Shown here: positions 23,968 to 37,699 of the stretch, in pieces
Numbering within the stretch: position 1 is the first letter of the stretch
Layout of the letters: every line of letters starts with the position of its first letter
Position numbers and translations under genes: made by a program
From: Yuukianura sp. NJ FZ-2021
Lineage: Eukaryota
Assembly: GCA_046563655.1 (NCBI GenBank)
Contig: CM102285.1
Location: forward strand, 3,782,001-3,846,000
Direction: 5' to 3'
Length of the DNA: 64,000 nt
The notes under the pieces: generated by a model
What the model saw: only the letters and a program-made list of their open reading frames with translations
What the model was told of the DNA's origin: nothing
The model's database searches: none

Positions 23968-25028
23968 TCATTTCAACGGAGAATCTCGGTATATGTATCT
24001 CTTAAAATTTTAATGTGCTAAAATTTTAATTCGTCTGTAAAGTAAATCTGCGTTAATAAAACAAACGTACAATATAATGGTTTGACCATGTTATTTGTTA
24101 TCACTGCATGAAGAAATTGTTATCACTGCAGTGCTAAACAATAGTCTTAAACAGTTTTTTCCGCGGAGCTAAAGCTGGTGCATACCCAGGGAAACCGATG
24201 GTTCAGCGTAGGAATGTCATGGTTCATCACGGTAAATTTTGCGTAATGAGCTGCCTTTATCTTCCAATATTCAAAATTATTCAATTTTAATGCTAATTCA
24301 GCGTCTTCTGAAATAATTAAAACGGAGTAAAATTTTTGCCTACCAAACTCTCATTTTCATAAAATTTGAAGTTATAAATAGTCTAACATACACAATTTTA
24401 AGTTTTGAAAGGATGCAAACGGAGCTAGGAATGTCACTACTCCTGTCGTCTCGATTCTTACTACTTATTGCTCTTTAAATGAATATAATTTCCGTTGAAA
24501 CAAGTATATCCGTTAGTGTAAACAGTGGTTACCGTAAATTCCCTATTAGAAGCGCATGCTTATAATCACCTCTCGAGTTCTGTGGCGCGCTACTCTGTTA
24601 GGAACAATAATTTGGTTCTGTTTAGAGAAACTTTTTTCACTCCAAAAACTCTCTTTGAAACGAAAACTGCTTGGAAAGTTTCGTTTTTTCCCCTCCAAAA
24701 CTAATTTTCTGTTACAAGTTCTATTTTATCAGTTTTTTATAATTTTTTGCATTCATATTTATCTATTCATATAATAGTTATTTCCCAATTTATATAAGAG
24801 ATTTCTAATATACGTGTCTTGAAAAGTCTTCGTTCATTATAACGTGATTTTATTTAATAATGAGGGTTTTCAACGCAAAATTAACCAAAAATTATTTTTG
24901 TCAAAATTACTTTTAATTTTACTGTCTGAATGAGTACCCCAATTATGTTGACTCCGAGAACGAAAAAATTATTTCAAGAAACCTAGACAGCTGATAAGCG
25001 CTAGGTTAGATAAGCTCTTTATAATCAG

Positions 25029-25426
25029 TAGTGTTGCTGGATATCCACTTTTTCGACATTTCATCCACGGCTGGATATCCAGTGGAAGAAATGGACGAAA
25101 TGGATGAACCTAAAGGGGCGGAACTTTGCCCGCAGGGTATGCATAAATTGATAATAAGGATAGGAAAGAAATCAAAAACAATACAAAAAAAGTGGAAATC
25201 GTGCTAAAATAACTTCTAATCAGAAAACGAATTAAGCAAAAGCCATTTAAATACTTATTTAAAGTATTTCCTATTATTTATTTTAAATTTATTTGAATTT
25301 GGCGCTGAGTTTTTCAACTCAGCTGATTTCTTCTATCCACCGTCCAGTAGGACCCCATTTCATCCACTGGATATCCAGTGGAAGTGGCAATTAAGCCACT
25401 GGACGTTTAAGCACCCAGCAACACTG
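25029..25426. mobile_element. hAT-like MITE (AGTGTTGCTGG ... CCAGCAACACT)
   Basis: 11-bp TIR of the (C/T)AGTGTTG type with internal CTGGATATCCAG(TGGAAG) subrepeats; no clear TSD; related TATCCA motifs at ~40675-40795. Confidence 0.55.
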
Positions 25427-25784
25427 TTGATAATGTCTTTAATGCTCCAAATTGGTGAAAACCGAAGTTTACAAAGTAGCCATCGCGCTAAAGGCGCGAC
25501 TAATATTTGAGACTTTGACTCGAAATTGGTGAAAACCATTCGAAATCCATTAAAAATTAACCATCGCACCAAAGGCGCGACTAATTCTTGTTTTCCGCCC
25601 CCTCCCCCGGGGGGAATGGAGGTGACCTCTTTTTTTCGCCCCCCTCCCCCCTAAAGGGAATTGTGCCTTCTTTCCCGCGCTCCCCTGGAGGACAGTGGGG
25701 TCAGCCCGTTTCCCTCCCACATGGGGAGTGGGGGTTGCTTCCCCCTTTGCCGGTTGACCTTTGGCCCGAAATTAGTGACAGGTA

Positions 25785-25949
25785 ATGGCAACATTGCAAT
25801 TGGCAACATTGCAATTGGCAACATTGCAATTGGCAACATTGCAATTGGCAACATTGCAATTGGCAACATTGCAATTGGCAACATTGCAATTGGCAACAAT
25901 GCAAATGGCAACATTGCAATTGGCAACATTGCAAATGGCAACATTGCAA
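25785..25949. repeat. 15-bp minisatellite (TTGGCAACATTGCAA) x11
   Basis: Direct count of the tandem units; it explains the repetitive LATLQ/GNIAI/CCQLQ ORFs. Confidence 0.95.
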
Positions 25950-26391
25950 GTGGCGCTGCAGGCGACATTGTCATTTCAGCTTGTTTAAGTCAACTACATG
26001 GCGACAATAAGGAGTGACAGATAAGTTTGATAACCAGGCTATTGGTTCAACAACTAAGATTCTGTGTCTCAATTTGGTGAGCAAATTTTAAAAAGTAAGA
26101 AGCGGGAAGAAAATAATTTCATTTTGGGTGAAATAATTGACTCGAGAGTCAATTATTTTTAAGTCAATTATAATTCAAAATTTAATTTTGGAGGGCGCTC
26201 AAAATTTAATTTTGACCAAAATAATTGGAAATAATTGAGCGTTGAAAACCCCTAATAATTTGGAAACTTTTATTGTCTGAACGGCTCAATGAACACATTA
26301 GCGTGATCTAAACTTTACATTTAAGGTGCGGGTGCGACTGAAGCTTGATTTTCCAAAATTTCCAGTTTTAAAATTTATATCTCTTTTCATG

Positions 26392-27913
26392 CTATCGTAG
26401 TGGGCATATTAAGTTCCCGAGTACTTTTTAGGAAAAGTGAGACTCTTTTGAAACTCCTCGCGCGAAAGTCAAACCAGTGGGCGCCAACTCAAACACATGT
26501 TTTGGCGGTTAAGACCGTGTGATCTTGCTGGTTTCAAAAGTCGATCCTGTCTTTGTTAACTTTTAGTTAGGACCACGGATTATTTTTCAGTGACCACCAA
26601 AAATTTTCAGTGATCATCACTGATGATTTTCAGTGAAAACGAGTTTTCAGTGATCAGTGATGATTTTTCAGTGACCACCAAAAAGTCTTCAGTGATCGCT
26701 GACCCTTTTTTAGTGGCCACTAAAAACTTTTCAGTGACCACTGATAATTTTTCAGTGACCACGGATGATTTTTTCAGTGACCAGGGATGATTTTTCAGTG
26801 ACCACCAAAAATTTTCAGTGACCACTGGTGATGTTTCAGTGACCTCCAAACACTTTTCAGTGATCACTGATGACTTTTCAGTGACTACCGAAAACCTCAT
26901 GAAACACTGAAACGCTTTTTCAGTGACCCAAAAGTTTTCAGTGATCATCGATGATTGTTCAGTGACCAACTGAGAGTTTTCAGTGATCACTGGTGACTTT
27001 TTAGTGATTACTGGTGACTTTTAAGTGAGCACTGGTGACTTTTCAGTGGTCACTGCAAAATCATCCGTTTAGAATTTCTCAGTAATCACTGAAAAATCAT
27101 CAGTGATACGGATCACTGAAAATGTTTTGGAGAGCACTAGCATATCTAAATTTTAGTAGTCACTGAAAAATCTACAATAATTGAAAATTTTACTTGGTCA
27201 CTGAAAAATCAGCAGTGATCACTGAAAAATCAGGAGTCATCACTGAAAAATCAGGAGTCATCACTGAAAAATCAGGAGTCATCACTGAAAAATCAGGAGT
27301 CATCACTGAAAAATCAGGAGTCATCACTGAAAAATCAGGAGTCATCACTGAAAAACCACCAGTAATCACTGAAAAGTTGTTGGTGGTCACTGAAAAATCA
27401 CCAGTGGTCAATTGAAAGTTGTTCTAGGTTACTGAAAAATGACCAGTGTTCACTTAAAAGTTTTGGTGGTCGCTGAAACATGATCAGTTTTGGTAGTCAG
27501 TGAAAAATCATCAGTTTTGGTAGTCACTGAAAAATAACCAGTTTTTGGTAGAAGGTTGTTGGTGGATGCTGAGAAATCATCAGTAATCACTGAAAATTTG
27601 CTTCCGTCAGTTATCACTGAAAACATTTTGGTCACTGAATAATCATCAGTGACCATTGACAATCTTAGTGGTTACTGAATAATTTGTAGCCACTGAAAAT
27701 TTTCAGTTAACACTGAAGAGATAAACATAAACTTACGCAGAGTTGTCCTAAGTGTCGAATTTCTATAAGTTTTCATTAAACTTCAACCTCCCAGCTTGTA
27801 GGAGGTTCGTTTCGAGTATGAAGATAACCGGCATAGACTGTTTCTTTTTGCTCGAAAAAGTTTCCGCGGCGCGCTTTTCATAACTCGGGAACTTAATACG
27901 CGCACTACGATAC
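26392..27913. mobile_element. Foldback-like element with mirror-image arrays of TTTTCAGTGA / TCACTGAAAA subrepeats
   Basis: ~26580-27050 is built of TTTTCAGTGAC/T units and ~27050-27715 of their reverse complement, including about six perfect 21-bp units TCACTGAAAAATCAGGAGTCA. Outer inverted match TATCGTAGTGGGCATATTAAGTTCCCGAG (~26393) vs CTCGGGAACTTAATACGCGCACTACGATA (~27884). Confidence 0.7.
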
Positions 27914-28069
27914 TTAACTTGAACACAATGAAAATTTTCAATGATAGAAAACACGTTTCTTTAAAAGCCCTCATATTATTCAAATCGAGTACCTCAAAAT
28001 ATGACATGAATTTGTAACGCCCGGTATCGCTATTTCAGAGACTAGAATTGACAAGGTAGTTCTCACAAT

Positions 28070-29563
28070 TTAAAAATAATTTTTAGGCGAACTGCCGTTT
28101 TGATGCGGTAGTCCGTAGGTCATGCTAGGTGGCTTCGGGATACTATACGACTGAGCTTGTGGTGGTGCACTGTACAGTGGGTTTCCATAAACAACCGATG
28201 GTGTTTGTGGTAGTCCATATGTATTCTGCACTGGTGCACCGTATGTTGGAGACGGCGGCGAATATGTGTTCTGGACTGGTGTACCGTATGTTTGAGGCGG
28301 TGGCGAATATGTGTTCTGGACTGGTGTACCGTATGTCTGGGACGGAGGCATATAAGTGTTCTGCATTGGCACGCCGTAAGTCTGTGATGGGAGCGAATAT
28401 GTGTTCTGGACTGGTTGCGTTGGCGGCAAATATGTATTTTGGAGTTGTGGTGGTGGACCGTACGAATTAGACGGTTTACTCATAACTTCGTAGCTTGGAT
28501 TTGGTTTCGGAAGGGGTGCGTAGTATACTGGCGGTGGCTGCGGTCTGTACTGAACTTGCGGTGGCTGCGCATAAGAATCCTTGGTGTATGAAGCTGGAAT
28601 TGGTGCCGGGGCACCATAGGCTGATGTTGGTGCTGAATAGACCGGAACTGCTGGCGCTCCATACTGCTGTACCGGTGTTGATGCTGGTGCAGAATATACG
28701 GAAACTGGTGGCGCTCCATACTGCTGCATTGGTGCTGATGTTGGCAGAGGAGCAGAATACTGCTGAATAGCAGGGGCATACTGCGGCATGATTGGTGCAG
28801 ACTCATACCCTCCAGAACCTGGTGGTTTGTAGCGGATAAAGTACACTTCTGGTTTTGAAGCCGGAGTTGGTGCCAATTCTGGAAAAGTGTAAGGTTTAGG
28901 CGGGTCTGGTTTCCTAACCAAGACATAGACTAGTGTTTTCTGTTCCGGAGGTGGTGGGATATAGAACTCCGGTGGCATAATTGGGGGTGGGGCTGGAGCC
29001 TTAATGAAAATAATTTTGTAATGCTTTTCTCGTTTCAGGGACTGGGGAGGTTTTGTAGGAGTTGGGTAGAATTCGGCTTCCGGCGGTGGAACATGAATCG
29101 AAATTTGCTTTTTGATGAAAAATTCTTTGTCTTCCGGATATCCAGGAAGTCCGTATCCCCCGGGAGCCGGTGTCGGTGGTGGGCCATAACTTGGTGGCGC
29201 AGCGTAGCCTGTTTGTGGAGGTGAGGCATAGCCTTGCGCAGCAAATGTGTCAAATTGAGCTCCTCTTTCTCCCGCCGAAGCCAGCAATTGGTTGATGTCA
29301 ATTCCGTCTGGAGTGTTGTCTTGGTATGGCCTTCCTACTGAGACTGTGCTGTAGGATTGCGGTGCTGGTGGCTCTGACCGTGACGTTCCAAGGAGGACCC
29401 CAAACACCTAAAAAAATTGTATTAATTATCAATTTTCAAAAAAAAAATCTGATTTGAAGAAGAAGTATTTTAAGAACAAAATATTTGTGAAAAAAGTATT
29501 TAAAAAAGTTTAAAACTGACAAAAATGAAAGCGTCTCACCAAGAATATAAAAAGAATTCTCAT
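28070..29563 (-). CDS. Tweedle-family (DUF243) cuticular protein with a Pro/Tyr-rich repetitive tail
   Basis: Exon 1 29540-29563 (MRILFIFL) splices in phase 0 to 29407, forming a signal peptide. Tweedle blocks KQISIHVPP, KHYKIIFIKAP, KTLVYVLVRKP, KPEVYFIRYK; (QNTYSPPSQTYG)-like repeats. Confidence 0.9.
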
Positions 29564-30606
29564 TCTGATTGACCACTGCAAAAGCAGAGTCTGATTTTAT
29601 GTGTTATGAAACTGTCACTGAATAGCCGTGGAAGTTGACGAGAAGTGTTCTGTTACAAGGCACAACAAAGACTTCGTGACTAATTTGATCCTGAGTAGGC
29701 ACTTATATCAACTTTTGAGACGCTTCACGTAATGGGTTCGTGTGGGAAGGATCAATGAGAAATGAAAGTGTAATAAGGAAGGACCAATTGATTTATGAAT
29801 TAACTGAAAAGTGTGCCTTCAGACTTATTGCATAATTCAACTTATTTGCAAAAAGCGTAAACAAACCAAAATGAAAAAAGATGCCCGACAAGTAGGTGGG
29901 TGGTGATTAAATCCAACCGGTTTGGTTAGGTTTGATGTCCATTTGCATTATGGCGTCGACCATCTCTACATTATACCAAATCCACTTCCTTCCGGTTGAT
30001 TACAGTCAAAAGGCAACTCGACGCAGCTTGTTCCAACACCAGACGAAAATGTGACAAATTGTGACACATTTTTTTGAAGAAGACATATTCGCAATGTCTT
30101 CCTGGTTTTTGTAACATGTGGATGAATATGTAGGAAAGGAAGATTCGCAGACATAAGATACTGTCAGTTTTTATTGAAACACGCCGCCATAGGCTTTGAA
30201 TTGAATTGGTTTGAAAAGACAATTGTTTCGAACATCCTTGTTTTCAAGTTAAAGGTTAGTGCTTTTTAGAAGAAAACTTTTTAGTTTTTTTGTTTGTTTC
30301 TAAGAGTGAGCCTCATTTTTTTTTATTTCGCGTTTTCGTCTTCAATAATTAATTTTCTGGTCAACAATTAACCCATGAATTATTATGCATTGTGTGTAAC
30401 TTCTATTCCTATCCGTTTTCTCACTAAAAAGTACGCGAGGACAACACTTTGCATTTGCAATTGCAATGCGTAAAATAATTTAAGAAAAATTTCTGTTTAT
30501 ATGAACATTTATGACTTGGGAATACAACAGATTTCGGTATTTTTTTAAGAATTGGCAAATAAAATACTTTAAGAAGACGTAACAAAGGATTCTGTATTTA
30601 ACAACA

Positions 30607-32851
30607 TTACCTATGTTTACCACGAAACATGTAGTCGTGAATTCTTTCACCAGATCCAAATTTTTTAGAAAAGTGTCTCGTTAATTTAACAATAAACAGT
30701 CCCAAGAAGTATGGAATACAACACCCAATGATATTTCTTGGTTTTTTAAACAAATACACAACTGTCCATAGCAACAACGAGACATGCGTTACACTGACAA
30801 TGTAAAACCGCTTCCTGAAACCATGCGTAACGTATGTGGTCCACATCCAGAAGCACACAGAAAGCAGTGCCGTGGAAATATAGATGACATCAACAATTCT
30901 GTACACATTTCTCAGTTTTCTTAGTTTTTCTCCTTTGAAATTTAAATTGTTTGCTTTTTCATCAATGACTCTTTCCTGAGCCGTGTAGCCCCCCACCCAA
31001 CCGTCAATAACAAGAAATGGGACGTCAACTAGAGCAACCAGAATCAAAATGGCAAGAAATCCAGAAAGAACGTCATGCTCTGGAATCAGACGACGCATGG
31101 AGATGATCAGAAACGAAAATGTGAAGAGCATCACTCCTACAAAACATACCTTATTTAAAAAAAATTCTTTTTTAGACTTCGCTATTTAACGATTTTTTTC
31201 AGTCGTCAATACCTTTTGCTGCCACAGTGCTCAACAGTTGAACTGCTCCGGCTTCATTGCCTGTGCAAGCTCTGACTAAGTTTAGCGGTGCAATGGCTAT
31301 ACCATACAGGGCAACAAGTATAGCAAAAATTGGAACGAGATCTAGTGTATTCAAAATATAAGTTGTTTATAACCTTGTCTTTTTAACAAATCGGTTTCTA
31401 CTTTTAAAACCTACCAGCGGGAAACTGCATTCTGTCCCTCTCCAGAAGTAGAACAATTTGAAGTATAGCCTGCGGAAAAGCTTCGTAAATGGATTCAAAC
31501 ATAATATCCCAACAAGAGACAACTTCAAAGTACTCGAACGAGGTAATAACGACGTCTCCGTTGTAATTGTCACGATCATGAGCGTGTTTTTCAATTTTTG
31601 TGCGCTCCATTGCGTACTGGAGCCTCTTGATGCAACTTGAGGAATAATTTTTTGTTTTAGGAAAAATTGGTTTGGACATTATCGGGAATTATATTTTGAA
31701 GAAGTTTTGTTAATTGAAAATTATTTTTTTTGTTAAGTGGAAATTACCTGTAGAATGGCATCACTGTTGGGACGTACAGAAGAATATTCCAGAATTTGGA
31801 ATGTTTCAGCCAGAGACTGAGATATTTTTCCCATCTAAAATTGTCCATAACAATATTGCAAGTTTGAACAGAATTCAAAATCTGAGACGTTTGAAGCAGG
31901 TCAATTCGTAAGCATACCCAATTAGTAAGCAGAGAATTCGTAAGCATAGGCATTCGTAAACAGTCTCCATTCGTAAGCACCTCTTTCCGTAAAGTGGGGT
32001 ATTCGCTTCATAAGTTTATGCTTTTTAGTTTGTTTTGTTTTTTCAAAATTTTGAAAATAAGGCTTCCGCCATTCCAAAAACCAGTTTTTAGCTAAGGAAC
32101 CCATGCTGCCCGCAATTGTCAATTGAATTTAGCTTATGATAGGTTAGATTATTTTTTTAAATGTTCCTTGTTTTCAAAATTTTGAAACTGGAATGGGTTA
32201 CGAAGCTTACAAAATGAGTGCTTACGAATTATCGGCTAACAAAATTAAGCTTAGCTTACGGATTAACTGCTTATGAAACTTAACTTATGAATTGACCTGG
32301 AACTGGGACAGTTTTGTCCGCAGGGGAAATCCTCACTTAATGCCTCGTATGACCGAAATGAAAATTCCAGACACAATGACGATTCCGAATGTTAAAGTCC
32401 CCTCTGAGTAGCGTTTGTGTGCGAAATGATTGATGCCAGTGGCAATATCAGTGACCACATCCAGTGTCAGTATCAACAACGCCCGCTTTGCCGTTAATAC
32501 ATCTTGACCACCGCACAAGTCAACGAGTTTAACTACTGTGTCATGGTCTAATTTTGACAGTAGAACGATGTACATCAATGTTAAAGCTACCATCATAGCT
32601 TCGTAGACTACTCGGAGTAGGTAATGTGGAACCAGCAAACAGTGCACCAAAACTTTCTTCAAAATGTTGCCAAAAGTGAAACAATTTCTTATTGAAATAC
32701 CCAATAAATTATTCTGCCTTGGTGGATCCGTGAAGACTAAAATGTTACTGGATGTAGACAACGGTCGTCCCATGTCGCCTTCCACAAAAACGACGTCACC
32801 AGTTTCAGAAAGTTCGGGCTGAAGTTGGTCCATGGTGTCAGATGAAGTCAT
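30607..32851 (-). CDS. XK-related (Xkr scramblase family) multi-pass membrane protein
   Basis: Exons near 32337-32851, 31747-31870, 31411-31679, 31212-31342, 30607-31136; motifs LDVVTDI and FESIYEAFPQAILQIVLLL (Xk signature E..PQ..LQ); several TM helices. Internal exon boundaries are approximate. Confidence 0.7.
31897..32299. mobile_element. Small foldback/MITE in an XK-related gene intron
   Basis: CAGGTCAATTCGTAAG ... CTTATGAATTGACCTG inverted ends; (TTCGTAAGCA) subrepeats on the left, (GCTTACG/A) on the right. Confidence 0.7.
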
Positions 32852-35800
32852 AACTAACTGAACAGATTTTTTAAAACTTTTTTGAAATGTCAAAACCTTT
32901 AAATGAAGCTATAACCTAACCCTGCTTTTAAAGGAGCTTTTAGAAGTAAACTCAACCAAAATTCTCATGAATGAATGAATCACTTCCAGAAACCAGGAAG
33001 CTAAAAAACCAAAAGAAACAGTCATACTAGCAGTGAACAAAGTGAGAACAGGAAATAGAAGTGCACAACCTCCTAAAGTACTCCGGGTTAAGTTTTTTGT
33101 TTCGACAGTATTTTTTTTTGTCTAAACATCTTATGCCTTGTTTTCCGTTGAAAGCGAGGGGCATTTTGCCAAAGAATTTTGTACGTTTGTGGTGTTTGAG
33201 AATTAACCACTTCCAGTGCGTTAACTTTTATTTGGTTCCTTGTTAGAAAACAATGACAAACTAAATCCGTTTCTGGGGTGTTCCAAAACTCAGAGTTTAG
33301 ATTTTCTTTTAAAAAATTCAAATCTCTGGAGAGACTTTCCTAAAGTAGAATATTTGGAACCAAAAATCTTTCGCTCCTGGTTCTTCTTTGATGCTACAAG
33401 TGAATTTCTGAGAACACGACTGCTGAAGCTTTTTTTTAAAATAAACTTTTCTAAAACAATACAAACGTCTCAGTTCATTTGTCTTGATTTTGAAACAAAG
33501 TAGAAAAGAATCAAAATATTTGGAGAGGATTCACTTGGGACTTGGTTAGCAGTCGAAGAAATGTTGGCTGTTTTTCGTCTTTCAGCTTCTGCTTCCCATT
33601 CTGCACTATAGTGTCAAGAGAAATGAATTGGTGGCAAAAATAAACAAAGAAGAAGGAGCAGTTAGATTTATCAAAACACATATTTCACGCCGTCTTAATT
33701 GTCACGGATTACGTAGGTGGCTGGGGAATGTTTGGCTCTTTCTGGGCGGTTTTTTCTTCAAAATTCTAATCAACTTGAATTGCTCATTTGCTTTTTTTCA
33801 AAAACGAGATACAAAAAAAGGCTTTTGGATTTTGAAGCAAAGTGCAATATGCTTTTGGGGATGTTCCGCCTCTTAAATTACGTCCATCACTGTCAGGATG
33901 TTGAGGGTGAGGATAATTGAGGTTTTGGAAACATCCCACTAAAATTGAAATCTTGCAGAACTCAAAATAGACACGAAAGAGAGAGGGAGAACTTGAATTC
34001 TGAAAAAACGCTACCATTTTAATTCGTAAGTGTGAAAAATTGATGTCGGAATTTATGATTACTCGAAATTTATTTTTAAAATTACAACAAAATATTTCTC
34101 ATACTCTCAATACTTCTCAAAAATATTTCCCAACAAAATTTCGCTTGAATTGAAATTTCAAATGGTTGAGAGTTTTTCAAACTTCTGCACTAACGTTTTT
34201 TGCATATTTTTTATGACTGTCCAGAAAAAGTTCGCTGAAAATCAGTCGACGCTGGAAAAAATACGATGAGAAGGATAATGACAATGACAAGGTGGTGGTG
34301 GGGTTTAGGCGGTTGTAAATAGAGCACTTGTGGTGTTTTGAACTAATTTAAACCAGGGTTTGGATTTCCTCTGTTTCTGATCTAAACTTTTTTAAAGCTT
34401 CTCTTTAGAAAAAATTAGGAAAAAGATGAATGCTTCAACAAAACCTGACTTTTATACGATTTTAAAATTTGGTTCAACTTGACTCTAGAAAGCCTTGTTG
34501 AGAGTGTGAAGTTGCTTCTTTACTCTTTTGTTTATTCCTGCCCCAAGTACAAGATGCTTTTTCATCTTCGGAACCAATAATGCTTGTCAAGTATCCTGTT
34601 CCAGCCCTCGTGTCACTTCCCAAACCGAAATCGGTTGCACTTCGAGCGTTCCTTTTACTACCTCCTTTCTCGCTTCAACAAACAAGGGAGAGTTCCAAAA
34701 GACAGTTTAGGACGCTCCCGAAGAGTCATTCATCCTTCAGCCTCAAACAACTGAGAACATTCTCCTTATTCCGGCAACGTACATAAAAACACCTTCTTAA
34801 ATTTAAAATTGTTTCAAAAAACGAGTAGGGGGGGGGGGGCACAAACAAGAGCTTGATGGATTGCTTTCCCAAATTAAAATGAAAAAGACACAAAAGCAAC
34901 AACAAATACGAAGTCCCAAAAATCCCAGCCGGAAGTCCTCAACTAAAATTTCACCCCAGCTTAACTTAACCTTCTTAACCTTAGAGCAAGAATATGCTGG
35001 TAGTATTAACACAGACGAACACAGTTTTAGCTTTTTATGATAACGTTTAGAGAAAGAAAACATAAAATTTAAAAAGTTTCAAAATTTTGATGAATGCAAA
35101 AACATTGAAGATGAGGGTGAAAGTTAAGAAGCAAAGTGAGGTAAACTCTTACTTTCTCCTGTTTCCACCCCGCAAATTTTACCCCTGTACCTGTCTCAGG
35201 TGAAAACAGACGGGAAGCAAACAAAAGCAAACTAAAGCTTCGTTTTTTCAAAAGTTTGGGTTGAAAAAAAATGTACCAATGCAACGAGTTTTTTATGAAA
35301 ATCAACGTTTTAAAGTGAAAGTAAATGAAATAGAGTGCTTACCTGTTGCAAATCTGTTGTTTACTTTAAAGACCCGTTCAATCGCACTAATCACATATTA
35401 GAATCACCATAATAAAATCCCAAAGGACTTTTCAGAATGTTCGAAATCAGATAAAAGTTCAGACACTATGCAGTTACAGTGTCGCTTGTTTTGCAAAACA
35501 AGGAGGTTCGTGTAGTTATCAGTTCCAAATTCAAAATGAGTGTGACAGACCGAGATGCGGTTCTCCACGTGGACATGTGGACCTAATCGCAGGCTGCGAT
35601 GAGACGTCCCCATGCTGCGATTCGCAGCTAGTACTAAAAACTCCCGCTCCAGAAAGTCTCTGTTCCAGAAAATCTAGTAAACCGAAACCACCAACCCGAA
35701 AATCTCAACAACCCACAACCACCACCGAGGGAATCTGCACTTCCAAACCAAAAGAGCACTGGAACGGGGTTTCCAGAACTTGTCACGTTCATGGAAGTCG

Positions 35801-36389
35801 CTGCAAAGCTGAGACTTGCGCCCCTTTCACCCCCCCCCCCCTCCTTTCCTAACATAAATCAACCCACGGCACACTTTTTCTAAAGTTGCAAAATCCTGAA
35901 AGTGAGGCTTAAAAATTGTTTAAAATCCCAAATAATTTTCATCAAGAAAACTTTTCTAAAAATGCCATAAGTGAATTTAATTAGAAACCCCGAGTCTCAT
36001 TACCACACTGCTCATGTTTTCTTCAAATTGCAGTACAGTGCAGTAGTTACTGTCACTTTCGTGTCACATCAAGGTGGAAGACCATGAAGGAGTAAACCCA
36101 AAGCTGTTTGAATTACTACTGAATTATAGCAATAATTGAAACAACCTTGACTAAATGTTTGAACAAGCATAGACAAATGCGTAGACATAAAGGCAAAAAA
36201 AGTTCATGCACACCGTTACAGTTGCCATGTAATTCCGAAAACAACAAGCCTGGAAATGTTTTACATTTGTAACAACACAAAACCGAAAATGAAAATATTG
36301 GCTGAATAAAAAAGTTTTACGTCGTACCGGGAAAGTAGTTTTTCAACAATCGATCGAGTTGAGCAAACCATAAAACCAATGTTCTAAAA

Positions 36390-37376
36390 ATGGACCTCAA
36401 CGCTGGAGATGGATTCGAATTTCAAAAAAAAACGGGAATCGAACAAGAGTTGGAACTCGACGCAGAATCGGAGCTGGAATCAGAACTGGAAACCACTGAA
36501 GAGGCTGAAAAGAGCAGCCATGTTGCATGGCACGGAAAACATCCGTGGTTGGACGAGGTGCCGGCCAGGGCTGCGCATATACAGGAAATGATTGATGAGG
36601 CCGAGGCAAAACTGAAGGCGCAGGCGGAGGGACCACCGATCCTAAAGATCCCGGTGCCAAAGGTCAGCCAAGGCACGTTTGTTAATCACAGGAAGGCACT
36701 TGAAGAAGATGCCCGATTGGACTTCCTCCTCCGAATGCAAAAGACAATGAACGACACAGTCGACAATGCTGCATGGTTACATCCGTATGGTCTGCCTGAT
36801 TTTGACCAATGTGTCATTCCAGAGTGTCGGCTGGACGGACTTGAGAAGTTCAAGGTCACGGTCACATTTTCTTCTAAAATGTCATTAACCTGAGAGTTGA
36901 TTTGATATTTGACGTTTCTAGATGAACATTCGGCGTCAGAATTACATCTACTTGAACCATCATCCTGAAGTCGACGCTCTTATGTCTGTTTTCATGAAGT
37001 AACTTTCTGCAAAGAATACAACATTTCAAAAAATACTTTCAGTCCAAATCAATATAAAAATCTTAAAACTTTTTCCAGAAAACTCTTAAAAGCTCAGCCC
37101 AAAGATGCTGTGAAATTCGCAACAGAATTTTTCAGCATGCGTCGGATGGCTCCCGAAGATCTTCAGCGCCTCGTCAACGAAGAGTTGCTCAAACTGAAAC
37201 ACTTTTACACACCCAAGGGCTGGAAGCAAACTCAATCTTCCATTGGAGATCACGAAGTTAACAATGATATTGAGCTAAAAGGTGTGAATGAAGTGAAGAC
37301 GCTCGCTCTTGGTCCAACTGCTCAAAAATTTGAATACACGCCTCCACCTACTCCGACAAAAACACGCCCTAAGTAA
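36390..37376 (+). CDS. RIIa (dimerisation/docking) domain protein, RIIAD1-like
   Basis: Exons 36390-36854, 36922-36998, 37079-37376 splice in frame to LEKFKMNIRRQNYIYLNHHPEVDALMSVFMKKLLKAQPKDAVKFATEFFS, matching the RIIAD1-type D/D pattern; acidic N-terminal extension. Confidence 0.75.
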
Positions 37377-37699
37377 GAAAAAAACACATTAGATACAATT
37401 AGAACTCATAATCAGCACTTTTGAACATATTTTTCAATCTAAAATTATTTTGAAAAACTTCCAGAAAAATCAAAGAGAAGAAAGTGAAGCCCAGGCCTCA
37501 TGTGTATTGTGGTTGCAAAGATCCTGGTCGCCGGAAGCCAGTAGAAACGGAAATCAAGAAAGATCCCGCGTCGAATCCAAACCCGCCAAATGCCGAAAAG
37601 TGCTATGGCCTTCCATCACATGGAAACCAAAAACGAGAAAACTGAAAAGGACACATACACAAAATATCAAAAAATTCTGAATCACATTATTTGTTATAA

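Larger units (their letters stand above)
17180..24520 (+). repeat. Tandem segmental duplications (~2.4-2.7 kb units) carrying the EF-hand genes
   Basis: Homologous non-coding blocks recur before and after each copy, e.g. TTTGGAAACTGA..TCA...AAATCGACCA, AAAACCTACATC.TCCAG, GACCCTATTCAAA, CTCCTGTCGTCTCGATTCTTACTACT. Confidence 0.8.
24862..26252. mobile_element. Non-autonomous TIR element hosting nested insertions
   Basis: GGGTTTTCAACGC...AATTATTTTTGTCAAAATTA at the left end and the diverged reverse complement TAATTTTGACCAAAATAATT...GCGTTGAAAACCC at the right end; TAATAAT on both flanks (possible TSD, but AT-rich). Confidence 0.55.

Noticed and set aside
25651-26017. ORFs with (CCQLQ)n, (GNIAI)n, (AMLPI)n or (LATLQ)n that look like metallothionein, antifreeze or pentapeptide-repeat proteins
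   Set aside because: All are frames of one stop-free 15-bp DNA minisatellite inside a TE cluster; there is no synonymous variation pattern or gene context.
26580-27715. Repeat array superficially like a CRISPR, and (VITEKSG)n ORFs
   Set aside because: Eukaryotic context, no cas genes and no unique spacers; these are degenerate subrepeats of a foldback element.
28129-29301. Antisense and alternative-frame ORFs over the Tweedle gene (likewise over the serpin, P450, SNTX-like and ABCB exons)
   Set aside because: Shadow ORFs of the real coding strand.
33000-35900. Many short ORFs between the XK-related and RIIAD1-like genes
   Set aside because: No recognisable motifs and no consistent spliced model by eye; a divergent gene or pseudogene cannot be excluded.
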